NCBI GenBank assembly: GCA_043228905.1
Contig: JBHGNT010000012.1
Coordinates: forward strand, 12,896,001 to 12,960,000
Source: Azolla caroliniana
Taxonomy: Eukaryota > Plantae > Polypodiophyta
DNA length: 64,000 nucleotides
Direction of reading: 5' to 3'
Shown: positions 49,416-61,719 of the stretch, piece after piece
Layout of the letters: each line of letters opens with the position of its first letter
Numbering within the stretch: the stretch's first letter is position 1
Program-made: the position numbers and the translations under genes
Notes under the pieces: generated by a model
What the model was told of the DNA's origin: nothing
Databases searched by the model: none
What the model saw: the letters and a program-made list of their open reading frames with translations, nothing else

Positions 49416-52400
49416 GCGGTTCTTCCAACCGACTTCTCCTGGCGTCACTCCGCTTTGCTCGCGCTCCTCGTCCGGTCCGGTCCCGTTTGCCGCGAGCCTT
49501 TGGTTCTGCACGCCTCGACCCTCTCGGTCGGCATGTCTGCTCAATAGGCCCATCTTAGCACTCACGTTGCTGTGACTCCGGCGCTTGCCGATCCGTCGGT
49601 TCTCCCACGATGACATCGACTTCCGCTGTGTCTGTGTCCCCTTGGCCTTCAGTCGATCCGACTCATCCGGATCCATCTGTTGATCTGAGTCAGCTGTCTC
49701 CGACTCGTTCCAGCTCTTGTCCAAATTGGTACACTCCGATTCGACTTCTGGCTTCAGGCCTCTCACCACATCGGACCACTTCCGAGTCTTGGCCTTCTCC
49801 ATGCTTCCCTTGGCTTCTTCAGCCGGTGAACCGAAATCGAATTCTTCATCGACTCTGTATCATGGTCAGTACCATCGTGATGACCTCCGCACAACATGCA
49901 CTTCTCTTCCTGAGTGCACAACTCTTCTTCAGAGTCGCTTGCTCCGACCTGTTCGGATGTGTCGACTTCCTTCGTCGACTCGGCTTCCTTCATCTTCTTG
50001 TCTCCTCTTCTTCCGGCTCTCCTCTTACCGACGGGTTCAACAGTTTTTTGGCCTTTGCCCGTTTCGATAGAGACTTTGCCCTTGCTTCTCCCCCTCAAGT
50101 GCGGCACGTCGAGATGCTGAATACCAAGCATGTCGGTAAAGTGTTGCAACTTGTGCGATCCGAGCGGCTTGGTGAAGATGTCGACAACTTGCCGATCCGT
50201 ATGAACATAACGTAGGTCAACTTCACCGCTAAAGACCCGCTCACGCACGAAGTGGTAGTGCACCTCGATGTGCTTTGTGTGAGCATGGAACACAAGGTTC
50301 CTGGCGAGCTGCAGGCTGCTCATGTTATCGCAGTAAATTGGGATCGGGGTCGGTACCTCGATCCGCAAGTCTCGCAGCAGTCGCCGAAGCCAGATGGCTT
50401 CACAAGTGGCAACGGTAGCGGCCCGGTACTCAGCCTCAGTGCTTGACAAAGCCACTGTGGGCTGCTTCTTGCTGCTCCAGGCAACGGCCGCGCTACCTAT
50501 GGAGAACATGTATCCGGAAGTGGAGCGGTGATCAGACGCATCACCGGCCCAGTCAGCATCTGTGTAACCGACAAGCTCTTCGGGTATACCTCGCCGGTAT
50601 AGCAGTCCCCGGTCCTTAGTGCCGCTGACATACCGTAATATTCGCTGCGCGCACTGAAGGTGCTTCACGGTCGGCTTCTGCATGAACTGACTTACCATGC
50701 CGACCGGATAGCTGATGTCGGGTCGGGTGATGGTTAAGTAGATTAGGCTTCCGACAACCTGTCGGAACCGTTTCTCATTGCAAGCCGGTCCGGAGTTGGG
50801 ACGGAGCTTCTGGTTCCGGTCCAGGGGTGTGGAGAAAGGTCGGCAATCCGTCATGCTGAACTTATACAGAATATTCAACACGTAATGTCGTTGCGAGAGC
50901 AATATGCCGTCTGGGGTCCGGATCACTTCGATCCCAAGAAAATAATGAAGGTCCCCCAGGTCCTTCATTTCAAATGCGTCCGACAACTGGGACTTGACGT
51001 GGTTGATGGCGGGAAGACCCGGTCCGGTGATGACTAAATCATCCACATACAAGAGTATACATACCGGACCGTCAGAGCCTTGCCGGATGAACAACGAAGA
51101 GTCCAACTTAGAGACAGCAAACCCCAGCTTACGCAACCGGTGCGTGATCTTCGTGTTCCAAGCTCGAGGGGCTTGCTTCAAGCCGTAAAGCGACTTCTTC
51201 AGTCAGCATACCGCCGACTTGTTCATCTCCGAGTGAAATCCGGGGGGCTGAGTCATAGAGACTTCTGCTTCAAGATCTCCTTGAAGGAAGGCGTTCTTCA
51301 CATCCATCTGATGAAGATGTCACCCCCTTGCCGCAACAATCGCCAGTACCACACGAACCATCGTCATCTTCGCCACAGGAGCGAAGGTCTCGTCGTAGTC
51401 GATTCTGTGGGTCTGCGCGTATCCCTTCGCCACTAACCGGGCTTTGTACCGGTTAACAGAACCGTCGGCATTGTACTTGACCTTGTACACCCACTTGCAT
51501 CCGATCGGTTTACAGTGACGGGGAGGATCAACTAGGTCCCAAGTTTCGTTGGCATCGAGTGCCCGCATTTCTTCGTCCATAGCGGCACGCCAATTTGCGT
51601 CCTTTGCCGCTTCTGCATAGCTCTCCGGCTCACGCACTTCTGTCACCTTAGTCATGTACGCATAATGATGCGCCATGTATTCATTGTACCCGTACCGTAT
51701 GACGGGATCCTTCTGGCGGGTTGATCGGCGCAACGCACCGTCACCTGATTTGAGGCCCTTCTTGGCCAGTTCGGTCTTCGTAGCCGAAGATCCGCCTTTC
51801 TCCTTTCCGGAGTCGGATACACACCGATCCGACTCACCGTTGCCGGTTTCAAATTCCGGCATCTTCCTCTTCCCCTTCTCTTTGCGCGTGAACCGTTTCC
51901 TCGGTTCCTTGCGCGGGGAGAGCACGACAGAGTCTCCACCACTTGTCGTCTCTTCATCCGACTGGTTCAACCGACTCAGTCGCTCGTTCGGTCCACTCAA
52001 CCGAAACGATTCCGGACTCTCATCTTGAGTTCCGGCTTCATCATCCTCTGCCAGGGCTGATTCAGACTCACTGGCCTGATCCTCCGGCATTGGGTCGGGA
52101 TCAAAAGTCGGAGTCGGTACGGAGTACCAGGATGCCGATTCGTCGAACTCGACATCCCGGCTAACCCGGACTTCCTTCGTCCGGGGGTTATAGCACTTAT
52201 ACCCCTTTTGCTCTTGAGCATAGCCGACTAGGATGCATTTTTCCGATTTTGCATCCAACTTTCTCCGCTTCTGATCCGGCACATGCACATACGCTATGCT
52301 GCCGAATATCTGAAGGTGTCTTAAGTTCGGCTTGTGCCCGAAATACAGCTCATGAGCTCACACCTTGTCACCACTGCGGTTTTGTATGTAGACGACCGTC

Positions 52401-54884
52401 TGAACCGCCTCTGCCCAGTAGAACCGGGGCATGCTCTTTTCCTCCAGCATTGCCCTCGCCGTTTCGACGAGTGTCCGGTTCTTCCTTTCGGCCACACCGT
52501 TTTGCTCCGGTGTGTATCTGCAGCTGAACTCTCGCCGAATTCCCTTCTGCTGCAGATAACTAGTGAATTGGCCGGAAAAATATTCCTTTCCGCCATCCTA
52601 CCGAAGGCATTTGATCTTCCTCTCCGATTCCCGTTCCACCATCTTCTGGAGGCTCCGGAAACAGTCGAAGACTTCATTCTTCCGCTCAATGAGGTAGATC
52701 CAAGTATGCCGAGTATAGTCGTCGATGAAGGAGACGAAGTATTGGCTCCCGCCAAGGCTTACACTTTGTGCCGGTCCCCACACATCCGAATGGATGAGAT
52801 CGAGCTTGTTACGGCTCTAGTTCTGTTCAGTGGGGAATGGCAGCCGATGTTGCTTCCCAAGTTGGTAGGCTTCACAAATTTTGGCTCTTTGGCCGCTGAA
52901 CTTTGGCAAACCGAAAACGACTTGTTTCGTTTGCAGATCTTGAAGCCTCCGGTAGTTGACGTGGCCTATCCGCTTGTGCCACAGGTCAATGTCCGACTCG
53001 ACCTTCTGTCGTTTCGCGAACAGAGCGGTGCCAAAGTCATTGGTGTCGAGAATAAACATCCTCCCGTCTCTGCGCCCTTGCGCAATGACTTCGCCTTCAT
53101 CCTCAATGAAGCACCCGAGGTGCGTAAACCGCACCTGCATCCCCTGGTCGACAATCTAACCGACGGACACCAGGTTCTTCGTGATCGTCGGAACGTGTAA
53201 TACGTTCATCAGCTTCCCTTTCTGTCCGACATGGCTTAGAGGGACTTCTCCGACATGCCCGATTGGGTGAGGAGTGTTGTCTCCGGTTTCGACTACTCCT
53301 GGTTGATCCGGTTTCTCCAGAAAGGAGAACCACTCTTTGTGGCTCGTCATGTGGTTCGATGTGCCGGAATGAACATACCACACTTCCTCCGATTTGGAAG
53401 TGGTCTTCTTCATTGAGTTTGCCTTGTGATTCATCACCAAGGCTGGCCCCTTACAGGCCTTTCCGGTTCTGGATCCTTTTGATCCGTTTGCGTAGTGGGA
53501 GTTTTGCCGGCCATCCTTACCGGTCTTGCCGGATCCGGATTTGTCCGAATCGGCACGCTTTCTCCAGCACTCGCTTTCCCTGTGGCCTTTTTTGCCACAA
53601 TACCAGCATTCCGTAGCAGATTTGTCTTGCCGGCCTCTGGCACCGCCTTGACTTCCCCTGCTTGTGGAAGTCCCAGAACTGCTGTCGGCACGTTCATAGT
53701 GCCTCCGTTCCTGCTCTTGCCGGCTGCCTCCATTGCGTGCCGACCCACCTCTTCCACCACGCCCACGGAACCGATCCGTTCCCGTTTACAACATTCGGTT
53801 GTTCGGGGATGCACTGGTAGATGCACCAGCGTGGTTCTCCTCTACAAGGAGCATCGACTGTAAGTCGAAGAATGAGGGGGTATTCTCCCTTGTACACACT
53901 GCAATCCGGAACGCTCCGAACTTGGACGCCAGGCCTCCGAGACATACCTGCACCATCTCGTCTTCCTCTACGGTAACATTGATAGAGGCGAGCGAGTCGC
54001 AGATCTCCTTTATCCGGCCCGTGTAGTCTGCCACGAACATGTTCTTCTGTCGAACATTGCTCAACTCCTGTCTAAGTTGCAGCTTCCGGGCAGTGGTGCT
54101 TGTGGCGAAAACCTTTTTCAGGTTCCCCCAAGCATCCTTCGGTGTCTTGGCGTCCCGGATGTGGTTGAGCAGCTGATCGCCGACACTGGACGCGAAGCAA
54201 TACATCACCCTGCTTGCCGCCTGTTCCCATACCGGGAAGTCCTTGTTTGCCGAGTCGGGTGCCGCATCATTCGCTCCTTCGACATAACTCCAGTACCCGT
54301 GTCCAAGCAGGTACTGGTGCATCTTGTAAGACCAGGATGCATAGTTGCTCCTGTCCAGCTTCTCCACTGGGAGCGACGTAGCCATGCCTCTATCCATGTC
54401 TTCTACTGTGTCTGTTTTCGACCTGTTAGGGTTTTCTTCTCAAGAGTAAATGTCTGCAGCAGAGGTTCTCAACCCTCGTGCTTTGATACCATGTGAACGT
54501 AAGTGTTTGCGGAAGCGTAAAACAGAGAACAACAGAGAGAGAGAGAGAGAGAGAGCAGAACGCTATTTCAAAATTATATCAAAACTCTGTATACAGACTA
54601 TGCTAAGTAGCACTATTTATACAAGTCCTCTTGGGACTGACAGAAGTACCATGTACTTCAATGCTCACACGAGCATCTGACACTTACTACGAGACTATAG
54701 CTACCTAGTAGTCTATCCTATACTAGGCTTCCGATTGGACTTCCGGTTACAGATTGCACCCGGCCTCCACTGCTTGCCGGTTCGGTTGCTCACCGTCATA
54801 CCGATCCGTTTCGCCCGATCCTTCTCGCTTACCGGCTCTGGCTTATTCAGCCGATCCGGCTCCGGTTGAGCTTGCCGCTCAACA
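49416..54884 (-). mobile_element. E10: nearly complete Copia family A element lacking PPT/3' LTR
   Basis: 5' LTR 54492-54884, PBS TGGTATCAAAGC at 54480-54491, and gag-PR-INT-RT-RH all present. Confidence 0.93.
49763..54397 (-). pseudogene. gag-pol: E10 gag-pol (few stops/frameshifts)
   Basis: MDRGMATSLPVEKLDRSNYASW, CWYCGKKGHRESEC, LWHKRIGH, FIDDY, KARLVAKGY, YVDD, DADWAGD. Confidence 0.92.
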
Positions 54885-55464
54885 CACCATCACCATTTCT
54901 CGCACATCATGGATTTGATTTCTTGCATATTTCGTTGTGGCCATGGCTTTGATGTGTATTAGTCTTCAACTTCATCTTCAAAGGGGGGCCGGGCCGCCTT
55001 AGTGGTCGCCAAAATAGTGTTAATCCTGGGTTGGACAAGCCACTAACACAAGGTGTCCCTCCAAAACACTTCACCAAAGGGGTGGTACGGTAAGGGATGG
55101 AAGGAACATAACCCAGAGCCGTCCCTCTTCCGATTGTTATCCAGATCGATTAGTTACGCACTTAGAATAAACATTATTAAGCACAGAATGGAAATAACAG
55201 GATACAAGAGATTTGGAAATAACAACACTCCTCTATTCATTATCCGTCTCTGATTACATCATATCCGGATCCTTTTATAGGTATCCGGCTGTGTTACAAA
55301 CTGGTGCCAACCAACAACCGGCTACGAACCGGTCCGGATCCGGATCGGTATACCGATTCTGGGTCCATCTGTTCGGTCTTATAATTATAATAATTAATTC
55401 TTATTACAACTCCCTTTATCGCAAAACCGGCTCCCCTTTCATACTTTAGCCTAACCGGCCAGCA
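54885..55464 (-). mobile_element. E11: 5' LTR (55018-55464) with tRNA-Arg-type PBS TGGCGACCAC (54997-55011) and a short leader remnant
   Basis: TG/CA ends, minus-strand TATA CTATAAAAGG, and PBS after a 6-nt spacer. Interrupted by E10. Confidence 0.72.
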
Positions 55465-57155
55465 TAGAAAGCAATGAACAACAAGGGAATGGATGACTAG
55501 GTCAACGAACGACCTAGTCGCTGAACGAGCAAAAAGACTGGCCGAGAGGCTGCGGAAGCGGGAGGCTTACCAATAGGCAGAGGAGGAGATCCGGTCAGAT
55601 CGGTCTTTTTCCAGAGTGATTCGGCGGGTCGCGGAGGAGTCACACCGATTGCAATAGAACCACCACCCAGATGAAGGAAGTAGTTTGAGCAGTCTGCAGG
55701 AAGCAGAGTCCATTTTGTAAACACTTGCCGCAAGAGACAGCAGTTCGGAAGCATTCTCCACCATTGAATCACATTCGGATGGAAAATACAACGTCCAATC
55801 AAATTATCATAGTAGCCACGATACCCCAGAAGACCCAGAAGACGATGAGTCAGACCACATATTGACACCGGAGTCGGAAGCAACAAAACTGGAGCAAAAC
55901 CGGAAGCTCCGGACAAAACGACCCGCACGGACCACCAAGAGGAGGAGTGAGTTCTGACACCAAAATCGGAGTCACCGATGGAATAGGAGGAGCGAGTTCC
56001 GACACCGTCCCCAACAACACAAGAAGACGATGACACAATGTCGTACCAATATCCGAAGTATCGGGATGACCCGGACGCGGAAGCCCACGTATATGCGTTT
56101 CTCCAAACATGGGAGGCGAGCCATGTCTTCCAACGACTGACCGAAGCAGAGGCCGAACGATAAAAAATAGCAAAATTCAGCATGACTATGGAGGAACCAG
56201 TAGCACAATGGCACTCTAAGCCGCTACCCGGTAGCATCACCACGTTTGACGAGTTAAAAACAAGATTTCTACGATTCTTCCATAGACAGGTGGATCAAAG
56301 AGAAATTGTCAGGCAATTCTATATGACACGACAGGACCTGTAAGAAACCATTCAACAGTTCATTATCTGGTTCCAGATGATGCATAGTCAACTTACCAAA
56401 GCACCACCACAGAAGAAAAAGCGAAAGCGGTATTTTTGATAGTGCTCCAGGAACCCCTCCGAACCGTGTGTGCAGTCATAGATTTTTGGACCAACACAAT
56501 AGACTAGGACATTGACCGGGTCATGGATATGGACAAAAATAGTTCGTGGTTGATGATGGGAGCACTCTAGAGAACACTCCCTACCGAGGAGGACCTACGC
56601 TTTTGCCAGGCGGTCCAATGCACGACATGCCTTAATCCCAGGCACTCAACAATCGAGAGGCCTTAATCACGATGAGATGTGCCTTAATCCCAGGCCTTAA
56701 TCACAATGAGATCTCAATGCATGCTATGCCATTCGTCAAGCTGCTAAATCGGCAAGCTGCACCAGTCCGGCACATCGAAACCCGGAACGACCAAGAGGAT
56801 GAAGAAGAACGATTTTGGCCAGACGATCACTACAGACCGATACAAGACTTCTAATACATCGATAGACGAGACGATATAACCGGAACCAGAATGATCGAAG
56901 CCAAGACTATAACGGTGATCGTTATGATCGAGATTACTCCCCCGGCTACAACAGGAGGAGAGAGGATCAACGACGTTGGCAAGGGTATTGGAACAACCGA
57001 CGTTATAATAAAAAACGGAACGCTCGAAAAGAGGAGTGTCGGGAACCGGCGAAGGATTACCAACGAAAACCGGATAGAAGCCTAACTAGTGCTCAATCGG
57101 AGCAACGAAGGATAGAGGAGCCCAACCGGGCCGTACCTGGTTTTCAGTCGGGTAA

Positions 57156-57927
57156 CACGCCAAAAACAGAGTCTAGCAATGCACGGAAGGTGTATTGCTA
57201 CTATTGCCAGTAGGATGGGCACTACAACAATCAGTGTCCAGTGAAGACTAACGAAAAACGGCCAGTAGTCAACATGGTGGTCGCAGAGGTGGCCGATATC
57301 CAGCAAGTCACTACCAGGTCGAAAGGAAAGATGGCCGAATGTGAGGCTCAGGAAGCGATCCAAAAACAAGCCACAGAATGGATCGAAACGACAAATGGAA
57401 TGTCACCGAAATACAAAAGCAAAGGGAAATATTAGAGGAACCCACAAAGATGATGCAGGAGCAGAACCCCACGTGGCAGGCACTACGGAATGCTAGATCA
57501 TGTTACCACTAGGTCGGTTGCTGCAATTAGTGCCCCGATTCACGCCAAAAACAGAGTCTAGCAATGCACGGAAGGTGTATTGCTATTATTGCCGGTAGGA
57601 CGGGCATTACAACAATCAATGTCCAGTGAAGACTAACGAAAAATGGTCAGTAGTCAACATGGTGGTCGCAGAGGTGGCTGATATCCAGCAAGTCACTACC
57701 AGGTCGAAAGGAAAGATGGCCGAATGGGAGGCTCAGGAAGCGATCCAAAAATAAGCCACAGAATGGATCGAAAAGACAAACAAAATGTCACCGAACTACA
57801 AGAGCAAAGGGAAATATCAGAGGAACCCACAAAGACGATGCAGGAGCAGAACCCAACGTGTAAGGCACTATGGGAATGCCAGATCATGCTACCACTGGGT
57901 CGGTTGCTGCAATTAGTGCCCCGATTC
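57156..57927. repeat. About 385-bp tandem duplication in E9 gag, including a CCHC knuckle
   Basis: CACGCCAAAAACAGAGTCTAGCAATGC at 57156 and 57541. Confidence 0.92.
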
Positions 57928-60900
57928 AGTGACGGGTTAAAATCAGCATTGCCCCACCGAGCCCCGCATTGACTCCGACATTCTTCTCAAATCCAGAAGA
58001 GGGACCAATAGTGGTCGACACGAGTAGTCCAGCAATCACCGCCATCATCAAGGGACGAGAAGTACCGGGGACAATTGTCGATGGTGGATTGGGAGTAAAT
58101 GTAATAAGCCGACGAACATGCGACACTCTAGGGATCCAGGAATGGGAACCATGCCCGTTCTGGCTCGGGATGGCGGATACTAGTTTGGTACGACCGACCG
58201 GATCGATCTAGGACTTGGAAGTGACAATTGGAGGCCATGCATTCCGGGTTTCTGCAGTGGTCCTCTAGTTGAACGTGCAAGGAGCATATCCGATGTTGCT
58301 GGGACGACCATGGTTATGGATTGCTCATATTAAACAAACCTGGCAGAAGAAAAATATTACGTTTCGAAGAGGGAAAACTAAGGTGACCCCGCGCAAGCCC
58401 AAGCAAGGAAGTAACACCATTGTATGCAGAAAGTGTGAACATGATGGAAGGGCTTGCCGACGAAGAAGTAGATTGATACCTCGAGGAGAACCCAAAGACA
58501 AACCATCTGTTTGAAGTGGACGTTGCCGAAGCAGTCTCCCCATATATTGCGCAGCCGGATGATGCCAGTGAGAAGCCAGATCGGGACACAATTCAGGAAC
58601 TGCACCAAGCACAAGAAGCCCTAGAGCGGGAGATGGCGGTATCACAATGGGTGAAAGCACATAGTTGGAAGAAGAGAATTTAGGACCTAGGGAAGAAACA
58701 AGATCGATACAGGTGGCCAAAGAAATTCCACTAGAGGAGAAATCGGCAATGGTAACATTATTGAAAGAATTCCAGGATGTATTTGCATGGTCATATGAGG
58801 ACATGTGGGGACTGGACCCTCAATTATATCAGCACCAGATACATTTGAGCAAGGATGCTAAACCGGTAGCACAGAGACGTTACCGGATGAATCGGAATTA
58901 TGCGGCTAAAGTGAAGGAGGAGATCGATAAATTGTTGCAGGTTGGTTTCATCCAACCGGTGAAGAAGGCCACCTGGTTAAGCCTGATTGTGGTAGTACCT
59001 AAGAAAAACGGAAAGATCCAGGTCTGTGTAGAATACCAGAAATTAAATGCGGCCACTATCACCGATGGATTTCCGCTTCCATTCATAGATGGAGTCTTCG
59101 ATGCGGTGGCAGGTCAAGAGGTGTATAGTTTCCTCGATGGATTCAGCGGGTATAACCAAATTAGGATGCACCTGGATGACTAGGAGAAAACAACATTCGT
59201 AACCGAATGGGGAGTCTTTGTAGGGGTCGTGATGATGTTCGGGCTAAAGCCGGCACCGACAACGTTCCAACGAATCATCATGGAATTTTCGAGGAGTTTA
59301 TCCCAGCGTTTATGCAGGTGTTCTTAGATAACTTTGCGGTGTATAGCAAGAAAGGAGAACATCTCGATCATCTCTGGTTATGCCTGGAAAGATGCAGAGG
59401 TTACCGACTAAGTCTGAATCCGACGAAATGCATATTCGGGGTAACCAACGGCATGCTACTAGGTCATATCGTTAGTAAGGATGGGATTGCGGTGGACCCG
59501 GATAAAGTTAAAGCCATTTTGGAAGCACCTGCACCGACGACCGGCAAAGCTTTAAGCCGGTTTTTAGGACAAATCCGGTGGCATAACCAGATGCTTCGAT
59601 ACTTGGCCGACCTTTCGACACCACTACATGCAGTCGTACACCGGACACCCTTCCGATGGACGGAACTGGAGGATAAAGTACCATGCGCTGAAAGTAATGC
59701 TGTCGCAAGCACAAATGGTACAACCCTTGGATTGGTCGAAGAAATTTCATGTGTTTGTGGACGCATCTGATATTGCGATTAGCAGTGTTCTTATGCAACT
59801 CACCAAACCGAAGTGGTACCGGCCAGTTTACTACGCCAGCCGGAAGCTCTCCCAGGCGGAACAGAATTATTCAACAATGGAAAGGGAAACCTTGGGAATG
59901 GTATACAATGTAATGAAGTACCGTCATTACTTGTTGGGACAGAAATTATCATTCCATGTGGATAATTCGGCATTGTTGTACTTGATCTCCAAATCATCAT
60001 TAACTGGCAAAGTAGCACGATGGATACTGCTTCTACAGGAGTTCGAATTTGAAATCTACCACAGACCGGGAGTACTACATGCAATAGCAGATTACTTGAG
60101 CCGGTTAGAATCTGGAGAGGTAGGTGACAGAGTCCGTGACGAACTACTGGACATGCAGCTATTTAGAGTGACAACAGAAAACACGGTGGACAGGATGATC
60201 GCCGAAGAGGACAAGTGGCTGATGAACATGCATCACTTCCTCAACACCGAACTGCATCCGGAAGAGTTAAACCGAGACGAGTGAAAACGGTTGGCGGTAC
60301 AAATCCGACACTTTTGTTTATGGCAAAGCGGATTATGGTGGCCTACAACAGTGAAGGATTCGATGCGATATGCAAAGGAATGTGACTTATGTCAACGAAT
60401 GGGCCAACCGACAAAGCAAGTGAGGATGCCACACTAGCCGGTGTTACCAGTAGAACCGTTTCAAAAATGGGGATTGGACTTCGTCGAACATTTCAAGCCT
60501 CCGGCAATGAGGACCGGAAACCAGTACATTATTGTGGCAACAGACTACTGGACAAAGTGGGTTAAAGCAAAGGCACTCCAGGGCAACACCACCGTGTAAA
60601 TGACCAAGTTCCTATACGAGTACATCTGGTGCAGGTACGGATATCCGATCGAACTGATCAGTGATCAAGGTGGGCACTTCCTCGGCCAAGTGGTGGAGAC
60701 CTTAACGTCATTTTATGCAATGGTGCAAAAATAGAGTACACCATATTATCTGTAGGCCAACGGATTGGCCGAATCCACCAACAAGACCTTGCAGAACATT
60801 CTCTGAAAAATAGTCAATGAAATCCGGACCGATTGGGACACGAAGCTACACAGTGCACTATGGGCTTACTGAACTACTTACAAGACGAGTATCCGGACAA

Positions 60901-61719
60901 CACTGTTCCGGTTGGCTTTCGGATTGGAAGCAGTAATGCCGATGGAGTTTCAAATTCCAAGTTTGTGGATTCAGGTCAAGGAAAGGTTAAGTGAGAAGGA
61001 ATTGGAAGAAATCCGGCTAGCGACATTGTGCGAACTAGAGGAGCATTGGATAGCTCGCGTGATGCAGTTAGATCTCGAGCAACGACGACGGAAAGCGTTT
61101 GTCAACCAACACTCGAAGGGAAATGAAAAAATGTTCCGAATCGACAAGCCGGTTCTGGTATTTTAGACCCAGATGGGCCAAATGCTGGGAAAGTTACAGT
61201 TCCTGTGAACCGGACCATACTGGATAACGTGTGAGTTCAAAGGGTTGTATGAGCTAGGAATGCTAGCCGGCAAAATTTTTGAGAAGTGGGTAAACGGTTT
61301 CCAACTGAAACAGTATTAGAGACTAGTGCCGCGGAACGCATTCAAACAACTGGAGGACGGAGCAGGAACCGGAACCGGTATTCGGATAGCCGACACCCAA
61401 GAGGAATCTACCACGGATCCGGTGTTATTGGATACGATGGAAAAGGAATAATACGTGTCAATTAAAAAAAGAAGAAGAAGAAGAAGAAGAAGAAGCCGTC
61501 ATGCAAGGGCCATCGTGTAGGGGTGATGAGTGGTAGTAAATGAATGGACACCACAAAACGGTGTGACGTTAGGGCATTAAACCACACCACGCGGCGTACA
61601 ACTTCTATAATAGTACACGACGTGCATGCGCGGCAAAGATGGGAACACAAAATGCCCACTTTACAGGGACTCTCTCATTTCTTGAACACAGAGCACTTAG
61701 CACACAGAGACGGATATAG

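Noticed and set aside
52334-53200. 288-aa plus-strand ORF and similar antisense ORFs over pol genes
   Set aside because: Shadow frames of GC-rich retroelement coding sequence.
54997-55464. 5' LTR/PBS of the plus-strand Gypsy E9
   Set aside because: PBS and TATA are on the minus strand, so this is a separate element (E11).
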